DNA from: Mobula hypostoma
Taxonomy: Eukaryota
NCBI RefSeq assembly: GCF_963921235.1
Contig: NC_086097.1
Location: forward strand, 59,832,001-59,896,000
DNA length: 64,000 nt
Reading direction: 5' to 3'
Below, piece after piece: positions 12,401 through 24,874 of the stretch. The stretch's first letter is position 1. The number at the start of each line of letters is the position of its first letter. Below the pieces are notes generated by a model. That model was not told where the DNA came from. It saw nothing but the letters and a program-made list of their open reading frames with translations, and did no database searches. The translations under genes and the position numbers were made by a program.

Positions 12401-13400
12401 CAGTTCCTCAGCCACCTGTTCATCCTCCAGAGCATCCTATTCCTACCCTCACTGGCATGTAGCACACGTAGCAATCCTGAGATTACCACCCTTGAGGTCC
12501 TGCTTTTCAACTTCCTACCAAGCTCCCTATACTCACTGTCCAGGACCTCTTCACTCTTCCTTGCTATGTCATTGGTACCAATGTGCACCACGACATCTGG
12601 CTGGTCACCCTCCCACTTCAGAATATCATGCAATCGATCAGAGACATCCTTGACCCTGGCACCCGGGAGGCAACAAACCATCCTGGATTCTCTGTCACGA
12701 CCACAGAACCTCCTATCTGTACCTCTAACTATCGAGTCCCCTATCACTACCGCTCTCCTCTTTTTCCACCCTCCCTTCTGCACTGCAGAACTAGACTCAG
12801 TGCCAGAGATCCGGCTACTGCACCTAGTCCCAGGTAAGTCATCCCCCCCCAATAGTATCCAATGCGGTATACTTGTTGTTGAGGGGAATGGCCACAGGGG
12901 AACCCTGCTCTGCCTGCCCTTTCCCCTTCCCTCGCCTGACAGTGACCCAATTTCCTGTCCTCTGCTCCTTTGGTGTAACTACCTCCCTGTAGCTACGATC
13001 TATAATCTCCTCATTCTCCCGAATGATCCGGAGGTCATCCAGCTCCTGCTCCAGTTCCCTAACACGGTTTGTTAGGAGCTGCAGCTGGATGCACTTCTTG
13101 CAGGTGTCGTTGTCAGGGACACCAGAGGGCTCCCTGACTTCCCACATCCTGCAAGGGGAGCATTCCAACACCCTGCCTGGCATTCTCTCTACGCTAGACA
13201 ATCTGAATAAAAAACTTACCGGAACCTACCCTGACCTCTGCCTGTTCTTGCCGAAGCCTGTTGAGCCAAAGCCGTCCCACTCTGACTCAGTCCACTCCGA
13301 CGATGGCCGCTGTATATGGCGGTCTGTTTTTAAACCTTGGCGCGCTACGTCACGCGCCTGCGCAGTGCAGACCCTTCTCCCCGAGCAGTGTTTAAAAAAA
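9491..13400 (-). mobile_element. Near full-length CR1 LINE (different subfamily), degenerate, with deletion in the endonuclease
   Basis: ORF1 12839..13201 and 12247..12852 (CSPC..CKKC, GDSIVRG); ORF2 pieces 11819..12244, 10648..11016, 9942..10487 (KFADDTK), 9669..9917; (TTCTATGGT)n tail at 9491-9520; endonuclease jumps from WNYD to CRKHKVVVVGDFN. Confidence 0.93.
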
Positions 13401-14349
13401 AAATGACTTTTTCTACCCGATTTCTTCCACTGCCTTCTTCAGCTGCTTGCTTCGACTGAAACACTACTGGAGACCTTAAGTAACTTAACAATTATCTGAA
13501 ATATTACTAAGGCATCTTAAACCCTTCTCTAGTTATCTCAGAGCTCTCAGTATTTATAGAAGTTTAATCCAACAGTCACCTTCATTGCCAGGAAATAATG
13601 TGTGAGTTCATCACTCCTGATCTATGATATGCTTTGTGCTTATTAACCTTTACAGAGTGCAGATATAAATGATCAATACACTCCAACTTGGAGTCCGTTG
13701 TACTTTATGATCCTAAGGAATAAATCATTTCACTACTTTTGTGCGTGCACTATCAATAACTTGGGATCCATTTTGAAACAAAATTGTTGACCCACAATTT
13801 TCTCACTGCTGAATGTAAACCGTGACAGTATCATAATAATTGATTAAAAATTAGGGCAGGAAGCTACAAAGATAAAGCCGAAAACTTTATTAGAACATCT
13901 TTTGCTCAAGAAAATTGAGCTAGTGCCACTATTAAATGCCATCAAGTAGAACAAATATATTCTTGTAAGCAGCTGATGTCCTTTAACATGTAATGACACA
14001 AGTTTACAAACACTGCAAGTTTGTGTGTAAGCATATGGATACACCAACAATAAATGTATTCTCAGTGGTATTAATAATTCTTGTTGAGCTTTGTGACAAA
14101 CTTGCCCTTCACAAGAATTGAGATGTTGCGGAAATATTTTTAATCAAATTATGTTAATAACTGCAAATGAATTTGCTATTAATGGGAATAATAGGCTTAT
14201 TGTCTACAAATGACAATGTCTCCATGTGCTTAAGTAAGTGAGAATATTCCCTTTAAAAGCTATTAAACCTTTAAACATAAAATAATAAATATTAACAAAA
14301 TTTATGTCATAGTACAATTTCTTTTGAACTTCAGATGGAACTTAAACTG

Positions 14350-16010
14350 CAAATAACATGCACAACACGCTGGAGGAACTCAGCAGGTCGGGCAGCATCC
14401 GTGGAAACGAACAGTCAATGTTTTGGGACAAAACCCTAGTCAGGATTGAAGAGGGAGGGGGGAGGGGGCAGGGGCCCTATAAAGAAGATGAGGGGAGGGT
14501 TGGAAGGAGAAGGCTGGTAGGTTCCAGGTGAAAAACCAGTAAGGGGAAGGATCGGGGTGGCGGGAAGCAGGGAGGGGATAGGCAGGAAGGGTGAAGAAGG
14601 AATAGGGGAAAGCACAATGGGTAGTAGAAGGAGGGGGAACCAAGAGGGAGGTGATAGGCAGCTGGAGGAGGGGGCAGAATGAAACTAGGATAGGGGAAGG
14701 GAGGGGAAGAGAGGGGAAGGGATTTACCGGAAGTTGGAGAATACAATGTTCATGCCAGGAGGCTGGAGACTACCCAGACGGTATATGAGGCGTTGCTCCT
14801 CCAACCTGAGTTTGGCCTCATCGTGGCAGTAGAGGAGGCCATGTATGGACATATCCGAATGGGAATGTGAAGCAGAGTTGAAGTGGGTGACAACCAAGGG
14901 ATCCTGTCTGTTGTGGCAGACGGAGCAGGAGGTGCTCAACAAAGTGGTCCCCCAATCTGCGTGGGAGGATTTCTCCAATGTAGAGGAGGCCGTACCGTGA
15001 GCACCAGATGCAATAGATGATCCCAACAGGCTCACAAGTGAAGTGTTACCTCACCTGGAAGGAGTGTTTGGGGCCCTGAATAGTGGTGAGAGAGGAGGTG
15101 TAGGGACAGGTGTAGCACTTACGCTTGCAGGGAAAAGTGCCGGGTAGGAAATCTGTGGGGAGGCACGTGTGGACCAGGGATTCATGGAGGGATCGATCCC
15201 TGCGAAAAGCAGAGAGGGGTAGAGAGGGAAAGATGTGCTTAGTGGTGGGGTCCTGTTGAAGGTGGCGGAAGTTGCGGTGGATAATGTGCTGGATCCGGAG
15301 GCTGGTGGGGTGGTAGGTGAGGACAAGGGGAACCTTGTCCCTGTTGTGGTGACAGGAGGATGGGGTGAGGGCCGAAGTGCGGGAAATGGAGGAGATGCGG
15401 GTGAGGGCATCATTGATGACAGCAGAAGGGAAACCACGATCCTTAAAGAAAGAGGACATTTGAGATGTCCTCAAAATGGAAAGCCTCATCCTGGGAGCAG
15501 AAGCGGCAGAGACACGAGGAGACTGAGAATAGGGAACGGCATTTTTGCATGCGGTGGGGTGGGAAGAGGTATAGTTGAGGTAGTTATGAGAGTCAGTGGG
15601 CTTATAGAAGATGTCAGTGGACAGTCTGTCTCCAGGGATGGAGACCGAGAGAGATCGAGAAAGGAAAGAGAAGTGTCCAAGATGGACCAAGTGAATTTGA
15701 GGGCTGGGTGGAAGCAAAGTCGATGAAATTGACGAGCTCAGCTTGGCTGCAGGAAGCAGCACCAATGTCATCGTCAATGTAGCGAAGGAAAAGTTGGGGA
15801 GCAGTACCAGTATAGGTTTGGAGCACAGACTGTTCCACAAAACCAACGAAAAGGCAGGCATAGCTGGGGCCAATCCGAGAGCCCATAGCTACACCCTTGG
15901 TCTGAAGAAAGTGGGAAGAGCCAAAAGAGAAGTTATTACATGTGAGTACCAGTTCCACCCACCGGAGGAGGGTAGTGGCGGTGGGGAACTGGTGAGGTTT
16001 ATTGTCCAAA
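14350..16010 (-). mobile_element. Penelope-like element, 5'-truncated (RT, GIY-YIG remnant, 3' repeat with decayed hammerhead)
   Basis: ORF 15614..16009 QTKGVAMGS..PSYACLF..FLRYIDD; TDIFYKPTDSHNYL; LEEQRLIYRLGSLQPPGMN; decayed CTGA..ggg..ccc.AAAC motif at about 14412-14448. Confidence 0.9.
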
Positions 16011-16312
16011 AATAGCTAGTCTTGAAGTATTTAGCAAATCAATAACTGTTATAGCTAAAGCACGAAAAAAATCACTGCATATAAAATAGTGACATGATCC
16101 ATATTCAGTTTTTCATGACTATCCAACAATTTACTCCTCCAATCCTGGCAATTGACTTGCAAATGTTTCGTCACCATATTAGGAGACATAATCAGTGCCT
16201 TGTTAATTGTGGTGTGTCCTTGGAATGCTTGGCCCTTTATATATAGGCATCCGTTTGTCTTGTGAGACCATTGATACACCGGTGTCGTCGCAGAGCAATA
16301 TGTGGTTAAGTG

Positions 16313-16512
16313 NNNNNNNNNNNNNNNNNNNNNNNNNNNNNNNNNNNNNNNNNNNNNNNNNNNNNNNNNNNNNNNNNNNNNNNNNNNNNNNNNNNNNNNN
16401 NNNNNNNNNNNNNNNNNNNNNNNNNNNNNNNNNNNNNNNNNNNNNNNNNNNNNNNNNNNNNNNNNNNNNNNNNNNNNNNNNNNNNNNNNNNNNNNNNNNN
16501 NNNNNNNNNNNN
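16313..16512. other. Assembly gap (200 N)
   Basis: Run of exactly 200 N, typical of a fixed-size scaffolding gap. Confidence 0.99.
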
Positions 16513-17320
16513 GGAAAGTGTATGGTTATGCACTTTGGAAGAAGAAATAAACGGGCAGACTATTACTTAAATGGGGAAAGAATTCAAAGTTCTGAGAGGC
16601 AACGGGACTTGGGAGTCCTCGTACAGGATACCCTTAAGGTTAACCTCCACATTGAGTTGGTGGTGAAGAAGGCGATTGCAATGTTGGCATTCATTTCTAG
16701 AGGAATAGAGTATAGGAGCAGAGATGTGTTGTTGAGGCTCTATCAGGCGCTGGTAAGACCTCACTTGGAGTACTGTGGGCAGTTTTGGGCTCCTTATTTA
16801 AGAAAGGATGTGCTGACTTTCAAGAGGGTTCAGAGAAGATTCACTAGAATGATTCCAGGAATCAGAAGGTTAACATATGAGGAATGTTTATCCACTCTTG
16901 GACTGTATTCCTTGGAGTTTAGAAGAATGAGGGGGGGACCTCATAGAAACATTTCGAATGTTGAAAGGCATGATCAGAGTGGATGTGGCAAAATTATTTC
17001 CCATGGTGGAGAGTCTAGTACGAGAGGGCATGACTTAACGATTGAAGGGCGCCCATTCAGAACAAGGATGCAAAGAAATTTTTTTAGCCAGAGGGTGGTG
17101 AATCTATGGAATTTTTTGCCACGGGTGGCAGTGGAGGCCAAGTCATTGGGTGCATTTAAGGCAGAGATTGATAGGTATCTGAGTAGCCAGGGCATCAAGT
17201 GTCATGGTGAAAGGGCAGGGGAGTGGGACTAAATGGGAGAATGGATCAGCTCATGATAAAATGGCGGAGCAGACTCGATGGGCCGAATGGCTGACTTCTG
17301 CTCATTTGTCTTATGGTCTT
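16513..17320 (+). mobile_element. 3' part of the CR1 LINE (ORF2 C-terminus and 3'UTR)
   Basis: GKCMVMHFGRRNK..RDLGVLV..LVRPHLEYC..RVQRRFTRMI..FFSQRVVNLWN; ends ttatggtctt; first 24 nt identical to 3537-3560. Confidence 0.93.
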
Positions 17321-18495
17321 AATCCTTCTATTGCCCCTCTTACTACCTGATCTCTCCTTTTGATTTCCTCATTCATCTCATCTGAGGAATCCACTGTTTT
17401 TGTATCTCTATTGACTCCTTTCTTTTTGGCCTTCCATTCATCCAGCTGGGCTTTGGACTTTGCATCTACTTTTACAAGCAGCTTTTTCACTCCCTTTTGA
17501 AAATCACGCAATAACCTTAGTGCACGCAGAGTAGATTCTGGTTCTTTACACTCTCAAATGCTGAATGCATGCAACTTTCCTGAAGCTCCTTGAATTCTTT
17601 TCCAGCTTGAAACCAAGCCATATTTCACATGTAATTCTCGATTAACGTATCAGAAGCTTTCTCAGATATATTGCCTACAAAAATTGTTGAGGTTGAACCA
17701 CTGTTTTCATCACTTTAGCGATTCCTCTAAGTAGCATGTTCCTTCCTTAGTCCAGTATGTCCAGAGGCACAGAGGTTATCACCAACACCTGTTTGTCCTC
17801 TATTGGCCAACGGTTCATGCTGTACAATATGGAGACAGTGGTGGCATCATCCAGTATCTTTCGGTTGGCTGCATTGCACAGGCTGTAGCATGTAATTTGT
17901 GGATGGATCTCCAATCAAGTTGCAGTTGTCTCAGCCAATCACAGCTCCACAATTCTGGTCCTCCTGCTTTTACCACCTACAAGCTCAATGTGGCTTGTTG
18001 GTTGCTGTTTTTCACTGTTACGAATGTCATTTCCACAGAAGTTATCTTTTCTTCAGTATAAGTTCTTAGTTCAATATCTGCAGGCTTCAGTTCAGTATCT
18101 TTGAACTACCATTCAAACCCATTTTATGGAATGACTGAAACAGTCAAAACCAGAGCAGTTCCATTTTAATTAATCTGCGGTTCACCTCTGGTGTCGGCCA
18201 TATTGCTTGTGTATTGCTAATTTTCACACTGTAGATCTAAAAGCTACATAATCTGGTGTCACTCTCACCATTATCAGATTCTTTATCAGCAGCATGCAGA
18301 ATAGTACTCTTTTTGAAATAGCAACTTCACTTTTATCTTTTTCTCTTCCCTGTGTTGTCCATTTATTTTTGTCTGCCTGGCATGCTCTTTATATGTGCCC
18401 TTCTTCATTGCATTTTATGCAAGTTTCGCCCTTAGATCTGCATTAGTCTTGTGTATGCAAGCCCCTGCCCCAACAGGAGCACAATATGTTCATCA
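17321..18495 (-). mobile_element. Fragment of the old Gypsy-like element (gag zinc knuckle, protease region)
   Basis: Minus strand CRSKGETCIKCNEEGHI.RAC, then protease-region remnants (LRTYTEEKI, PELWSCDWL); heavily decayed. Confidence 0.65.
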
Positions 18496-18496
18496 G

Positions 18497-19500
18497 ACAA
18501 TATCTTGTCTGGCAAAACAACCTTTTAACTCCTACTGAACAGACCAGAAAGAAGCTAGCCCTAATATTTCTGAAATGACGACAAGAATGCTCCAACCACA
18601 CAGAATAATGGTAGCACACAAAACCAGCACAACAATGAGAACGCTCATCTCAAGACCCAAAGATCCAACAGGTCACGTGGAGAGAACAAATGTAAAAAGC
18701 AAATCCAATGTAGAAACTGCCCCAAGCACTATGTAGGACAGATGGGGAGAAAACTATCCATGAGACTACATGAACATCAGCTAGCTGTAAGAAGACATGA
18801 TGACCTGTTAGATCTTTAGGTCCTGAGGTGAGCATTCCCTTGGTTGTGCTGGTTTTGTGTGCTACTATTAATCCCTTGTGGTTGGAGCATTCTTGCCATC
18901 ATTTCAGAAATATTCCTGATGTATGGTGGGTTAGCTGCTTTCTTGTCTGTTCAGTGGGAATTAATAAGTTGTTTCTCCAGATGAGATACCTTCTATCACT
19001 CATCTCAGTACATGAAGACCAAGGACACAGGTTCACCTGCGAAACTACAAAAATCCTGGCAGAATCACAAAACAAGAAATCAAGAGAATTCTTCAAAGTT
19101 TAGTTCTCAATGGAAGATTCCATTAACAAGCATATTGAACTGGATGTAATATATGAACCTGTGCATCTGCAGGATTGGGACCAAGGGATGAGCCACAGAC
19201 ACCTGAGGAACCAACACTCACAACGACCAATAACTAGAGATATGGGCTAGCGGAGACCTCTCAGCTATCCGGTTGGCCAGGACCCAGCCGAAACCAGAGG
19301 CCAGGTTGGCAGCCAACCAATCAGAACACCGGGTCAGAGCAATATGAACACAAGCGCTCAGCAGAAACAACACTGAGTTGTGCACAGATGATATCACCTC
19401 AACTGAAGATGAAATATTTTTGACTTAACCTTTAGGCTTGGTGAACAACCCTACAAATAAGCAGCCCATCTGAGTTACCAATCTTCTCTTTCATTTCAAA
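18497..19500 (+). mobile_element. Penelope-like 3' fragment (GIY-YIG) containing an inverted segment
   Basis: IQCRNCPKHYVGQMGRKLSMRLHEHQLAVRRHD at about 18700-18800; SINKHIELD; decayed hammerhead-like motif at about 19383-19418; flanking near-duplicate caa(t/a)tgttcatc. Confidence 0.75.
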
Positions 19501-19642
19501 CAATTTGTTCATCCAGGCTTCCATCTAGCCTTTCTCAAACTTGCTGCTCTGGAGGAACCCTTGAAATAATTACCAGGGCTCAGGGAACCCCTGCATAAAG
19601 ATTATCTGCAGCTCACAGTATGTTAGCGTGATCAGCAGGTTG

Positions 19643-20078
19643 TGTCATGGTCCCGACCGTTAATTCCCCATATTCTCCTAATTCCCTTTGATTGCAGCAC
19701 ACATGATTCTCATCTAGACCTGCAGCATAAATATCCTGGCTTTGCATCCACTCATCGCCAGATCGCTGTTTCTGCCAGTGTGGTGATTCATGTTCCCGAC
19801 CACTTAGGATTGTGTATTCTAAGTTTTACTTCAGTACCAAAGTTTACCTGTGTAACTCTGTCTCTCCGTGTCAAGATAAGTATTGCCTGCTGCCTGTCTC
19901 CTGTTTGCCATTCAGCTCCAGCAACGCCCTGTGTCAAGAAAAGTTTTGCCTGCCTCCTGCTCTTCTGTTCACCCTCCTGTTTGCCGTTGAACTCCCGCCA
20001 CGCTCACGCCCTCGTCTGCATCCTAACTCTATCTCAGTGCCAGTGTCCTGCGTTTAGCTTTGCCCGTTCTTTGCAACA
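19643..20078 (+). repeat. 5' LTR (436 bp)
   Basis: tgtcatgg...ttgcaaca; direct repeat of 24391-24874. Confidence 0.95.
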
Positions 20079-23000
20079 GAATGATTTGGCCACCATGGAC
20101 CCAGCGGACACAAACACCCTCCAACAAGCCCTCGCCAGCCAGAGTACCCTACTGGGACAGCACGACCAACAACTCTGGGAGGTCATGGACAACCTCCGTT
20201 CCCTGTCTGCTCATGTCACATAGACTGGTAACCAGGTGGACCGTGTCTCCACTCATGTCACTCAACCCACACCTGGAACCCAGCCTAGCCAGCCTAGCCA
20301 GCCTGTAGTGGCAACCCCCACGTGTCACCAACACCCCCGCGCAGAGAGCCTCATGTGCCAGAGCTGGAGCTGGGGATTTGAGGAAGTGTCGGGACTTCCT
20401 CCTTCAGTGCCCCCTGGTGTTCGAACAGCAGTCATCGACTTACTCCACAGACAAGTCAAAGATTGCTCATGTCATGGGGGTTGTTGCGGGGAAGCGCATT
20501 CCCTGGGCCACAGCAGTTTGGGACAACAACCAGATATTTGCTTTTCTTTCGCCACTTTTATTGCGGAGATGAGAAAGATATTTCACCACCCGGTCTGTGG
20601 TAAAGAAGCCGCCAAGCGTCTACTCATTCTCCGCCAGGGCTGGCCGACTCGGGGTGGAACGATGAGTCACTCCAGTGGGGGTTTCAGAATGGACTCAGTG
20701 ACCTGGTAAAGGATGAGTTGGCAGCGAGGGACGACACCAACAGCCTGGATTCCTTGACCTCTTTAGCCATCAGGTTGGACAATTGCTCCGAGAACGCCAG
20801 AGAGAAAGAACTGGCCGTACACCACTCCTCGGCACTCATTACCGCCTCCCACCAGAACAAGCCTCTCTCCCCCTACTGCACCGCGAGTAGCTCCCAGCTG
20901 GGCCATTTCCACCGCCCCGGGAGAGGAGCCCATGCAGTTGGGATGAGACTGCCTTCCTCCCGCTGAACGACTCTGGAGAATGAGAGAAGGCGAGTGTCTG
21001 TATTGCGGACAATCCGACCACTTCCTTGCCAGCTGCCCTCTTTGGCCAAAGGGGGAGGGCTCACCAGTAGCAGGGGTACCCTGGTGAGCTAGACCACATT
21101 CCCTTTCGACCCCTGACCCTGGATGCAGCTTCAAGCCACTCTGTGTCACAACCAGCGGTCCTTGCTTCTGTTAGCACTAGTGGACTCCGGCGCAGCGGGA
21201 AACTTCATGGATGAAAACTTAGCCTTCCAAGCTGGAATTCCTCGTGAGCCTTTGCGTACCCCCTTGGATGCCTGGGCACTGGATGGTAGACTCCTGGCCT
21301 GACTCACACACTGCACGGAACCCCTGCTTCTCCTTCTCTCCGGAAACCTTCGGGAACAGATACGGTTCAATCTAATTTCCTCTCCTCAGGCCCCTATAGT
21401 TCTCGGCCACCCGTAGCTAGGCCGTCATAACCCCCACATCGACTGGCCCACCAGGAAGATAGTCAGCTGGAGCTCATTCTGCCATTCCTCTTGCCTGCAA
21501 TCAGCCCTTCCCCCAGTGGCGGTCACTGCTACCTCGTCCGCCTCTGAGCCTCCTGACTTGTCCACCGTTCCCGTAGAATATCACAAACTGGGAGAAGTGC
21601 TTAACAAGCAACGGGCCATTTCTCTGCCTCACATCGCCCTTACAATTGTGCGATTGACCTTCTCCCCGGAGCCTCATTACCCACCAGTCGGCTGTATAGC
21701 CTGTCCTGTCCAGAAAGAGAAGCTATGGAGATGTATGTAAATGACTCCCTCACGGCTGGCATTTATCCAAGCCTCATCCTCCCCTATAGGCGTGGGTTTC
21801 TTCTTTATGGGGAAGAAAGACAGCTCACTACATCCATGCATCGACTACTGTGGTCTGAACAACATTACCATAAAGAATAAATATCCCCTGCCCCTTATCA
21901 AATCTGCATTCGAGCCCCTTCACGGAGTCACAGTTTTCTCTAAATTGGACTTGCAGAATGCCTGTCACCTGCTCAGGATAAGGGAAAGAAATGAATGGAA
22001 GACAGCTTTTAACACCCCCCTCGGACATTTTGAATACCTGGTGATGCCTTTCATCCTGACCAACGCTCTCGCGGTGTTCCAGGCTCTGGTCAACGACGTC
22101 CTTAGGGACTTTATTAACCAATTTGTTTTCGTTTATCTGGACGATATCCTAATCTTCTCCCATAATCTTCAGGAGCACACCCACCATGTCCGCCAGGTTC
22201 TTCAGAGGCTTTTGGAGAAAAAGCTATTTGTTAAGGCAGAGAAGTGTGAGTTCCATGTCCATTCCATCAGTTTCCTGGGGTACATCATTGAGAGCAGGCA
22301 GGTGAGGGCGGATCCCAAAAAGATCCAGGTGGTGGCAGTGGCCCAAACCCACAACGCTTAAATAATTTCAGCGATTTCTGAGTTCTGCCAATTTCTACCA
22401 TCGCTTCATCAGGGACTACAGCCAGGTGGCAGCACCCCTTACTCAGCTCACCTCTCCTGCGACCCCTTCCACTGGACCCTGAAGCAGACTCAGCCTTCTC
22501 GGAGCTGAAGAAACGTTTCACCTCCGCTCCCATCCTGGTCCAACCCGACCCATCTCGCCAGTTCATTGTGGAAGTCGATGCCTCGGACTCTTGGGTGGGA
22601 GCAGTCCTCTCCCAATGCTCCGTCCCAGACTAAAAGCTCCATCCCCGCGCCTTCTTTTCTCGCCGTCTATCTCCCGCCGAATGGAACTACGACATTGGGA
22701 ACCAGGAGTTGCTGGCTGTTAAACTCGCCTTGAGGGAGTGGAGGCACTGGCTGGAGGGAGCAGAACACCCATTCATCATCTGGACAGACCATAAGCACCT
22801 GGCATACATCCAGACAACTAAACACCTTAGCTCCCGCCAAGCCCGTTGGGCACTGTTTTTTGGCTGCTTCAATTTCACCCTCACCTACCATCCTGATTCC
22901 AGGAACATGAAGCCAGATGCTCTCTCTTGCCAGTATATCCCCGAGAAGGACCCCTCCAATCCTGATACCATCCTTCCACCATCCAGTGTTGTGGCTTCAC

Positions 23001-23407
23001 TCACCTGGAAGATCGAGTCCGTAGTTAAAGAGGCCCAACGGACTCAGCCTGACCCAGGCGATGGCCCCCTCAATCGTCCCTTCTTGCCTGATTCTGTCCG
23101 TTCTCAGGTTTTCCGCTGGAGTCATACTTCCTGGTTCGCCTGTCATCCTGGAATCGGTCAAACTCTGTCCCTTTTGAAGCAACATTTCTGGTGGCCCACC
23201 ATATAGATGCTGATACTCGCTCCTTAATCTCTGCCTGTACTGTGTGTGCCCGCAGAAAAGCCTCCCATCGGCCACCTGCTGGGCTGCTTCATCCCAGCCT
23301 GTCCCTAGCCACCCTTGGTCCCACATAGCTCTTGATTTCGTCACTGGACTACCCCCTTCACATGGGAACACTGCTGTACTCACCGTGGTGGACCGTTTTC
23401 CAAAGCC

Positions 23408-24382
23408 ATGCACTTCATAGCCCTTCCGAAACTCCCTACAGTCCGTGAAACAGCCGACCTCCTTGTCCAACATGTCTTCCGCCTTCATGGAATTCCCTCT
23501 GACATTGTTTCTGACTGGGGCGCCCAATTCATCTCCCAAGTCTGGAAATCCTTCTGTCAAGCACTCAGAACTTCTGGTTTCCATCCACAGACTAACGGTC
23601 AAATGGAGCGAGCAAATTGGGACTTGGAAGCAGTACTGCGCTGCATTTCCGCCAGTAACCCGTCATCCTGGAGCACACATCTCCCTAGGGTTGAGTATGC
23701 CCACAACTCCCTGGTCAGCGCCCCCACCGGTATGTCTCCTTTCGAATGCTCCCTAGGTGATCAACCCCCTTTGTTTCCTGCCAACAAAGATGACATTGCT
23801 GTGCCTTCAGTTCAGGCCCATCTCTGCCAGTGCCGCAAGGTCTGGAAGGGTGCACGCTCAGCCCTGCTCCTCTCCGCTGACCACAACCGGAGTATCGCCG
23901 ATCGCCACTGGATTCCAGCACCCAACTATCAGCGTGGTCAGAAGGTTTGGCTCTCTTCAGCAGACATCTCCCTCAAAACTGAGTCCAAGAAACTCACCCC
24001 TCGTTACATTGGACCATTCGAGATCGAGAGCATTATCAACTTCTCGGTAGTCAAACTCAAACTGCCCAGACCCATGCATATTCATCCCACGTTCCACGTC
24101 TTCCAGCTGAAACCTGTGTCTGTTAGCCCTTTGTGCCCTCCTGCTGAACCTCCTCCACCCGGCCGGGTCATCGACGATTACCCAGCTTACACCGTCCGGC
24201 GAATACTGGATGTGCGCCGCCGAGGTAGGTGTTACCAGTACCTCTTCAATTGGGAGGGATACAGTCCTGAGGAGCACACCTGGATTCCCTGCTGCTTCAT
24301 TTTAGACCCCTCCCTCATCCGAGACTTCCATCGCGACAATCCGGGCAAGCCTGGTAGTTCGCCTGGAGGGGGGAGGGGGTGA
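23408..24382 (+). pseudogene. Integrase core/C-terminus plus chromodomain
   Basis: [62 protein letters not shown]. Confidence 0.92.
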
Positions 24383-24390
24383 GTGGTTAT

Positions 24391-24874
24391 TGTCATGGCC
24401 CCGACCGTTAATTCCCCATTTTCTCCTAATTCCCTTTGATTGTGGCACACCTGATTCTCATCTAGACCTGCAGCATAAATATCCCAGCTTTGCATCCACT
24501 CATCGCCAGATCGTTGTTTCTGCCAGTGTGGTGATTCATGTTCCCGACCACTTAGGATTGTGTATTCTAAGTTTTACTTCAGTACCAAAGTTTACCTGTG
24601 TAACTCTGTCTCTCCGTGTCAAGATAAGTATTGCCTGCCATTTGTCTTTCCATTTGCCGCTCCGTGTCAGGATAAGTATTGCCTGCTGCCTGTCTCCTGT
24701 TCACCGTTCAGCTCCAGCAATGCCTTGTGTCAAGAAAAGTTTTGCCTGCCTCCTGCTCTTCCATTCACTCTCCTGTTTGCAGTTCAGCTCCCGCCACGCT
24801 CATGCCCTTGTCTGCATCCTAACTCTATCTCCGTGCCAGTGTCCTGTATTTGGGTTCGCCCGTTCTTTGCAACA
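24391..24874 (+). repeat. 3' LTR (484 bp)
   Basis: Matches the 5' LTR with scattered substitutions and an extra 48-bp internal repeat unit. Confidence 0.95.

Larger units (their letters stand above)
19643..24874 (+). mobile_element. Full-length chromoviral Ty3/Gypsy retrotransposon (Sushi-like), inactivated
   Basis: Two TG..CA LTRs; TSD ggttg/agttg; gag ATG 20095 with CLYCGQSDHFLASC; protease LVDSGA; RT YLDDILI (21741..22361); RNase H; integrase and chromodomain (23408..24382); purine tract before the 3' LTR. Confidence 0.96.

Noticed and set aside
16207..17232. 341-aa ORF
   Set aside because: Spans the N gap; only the part after 16513 is real CR1 ORF2
19642..20223. ORFs running through the Gypsy LTRs (also 24390..24902)
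   Set aside because: Non-ATG starts in stop-poor LTR sequence; no motif support
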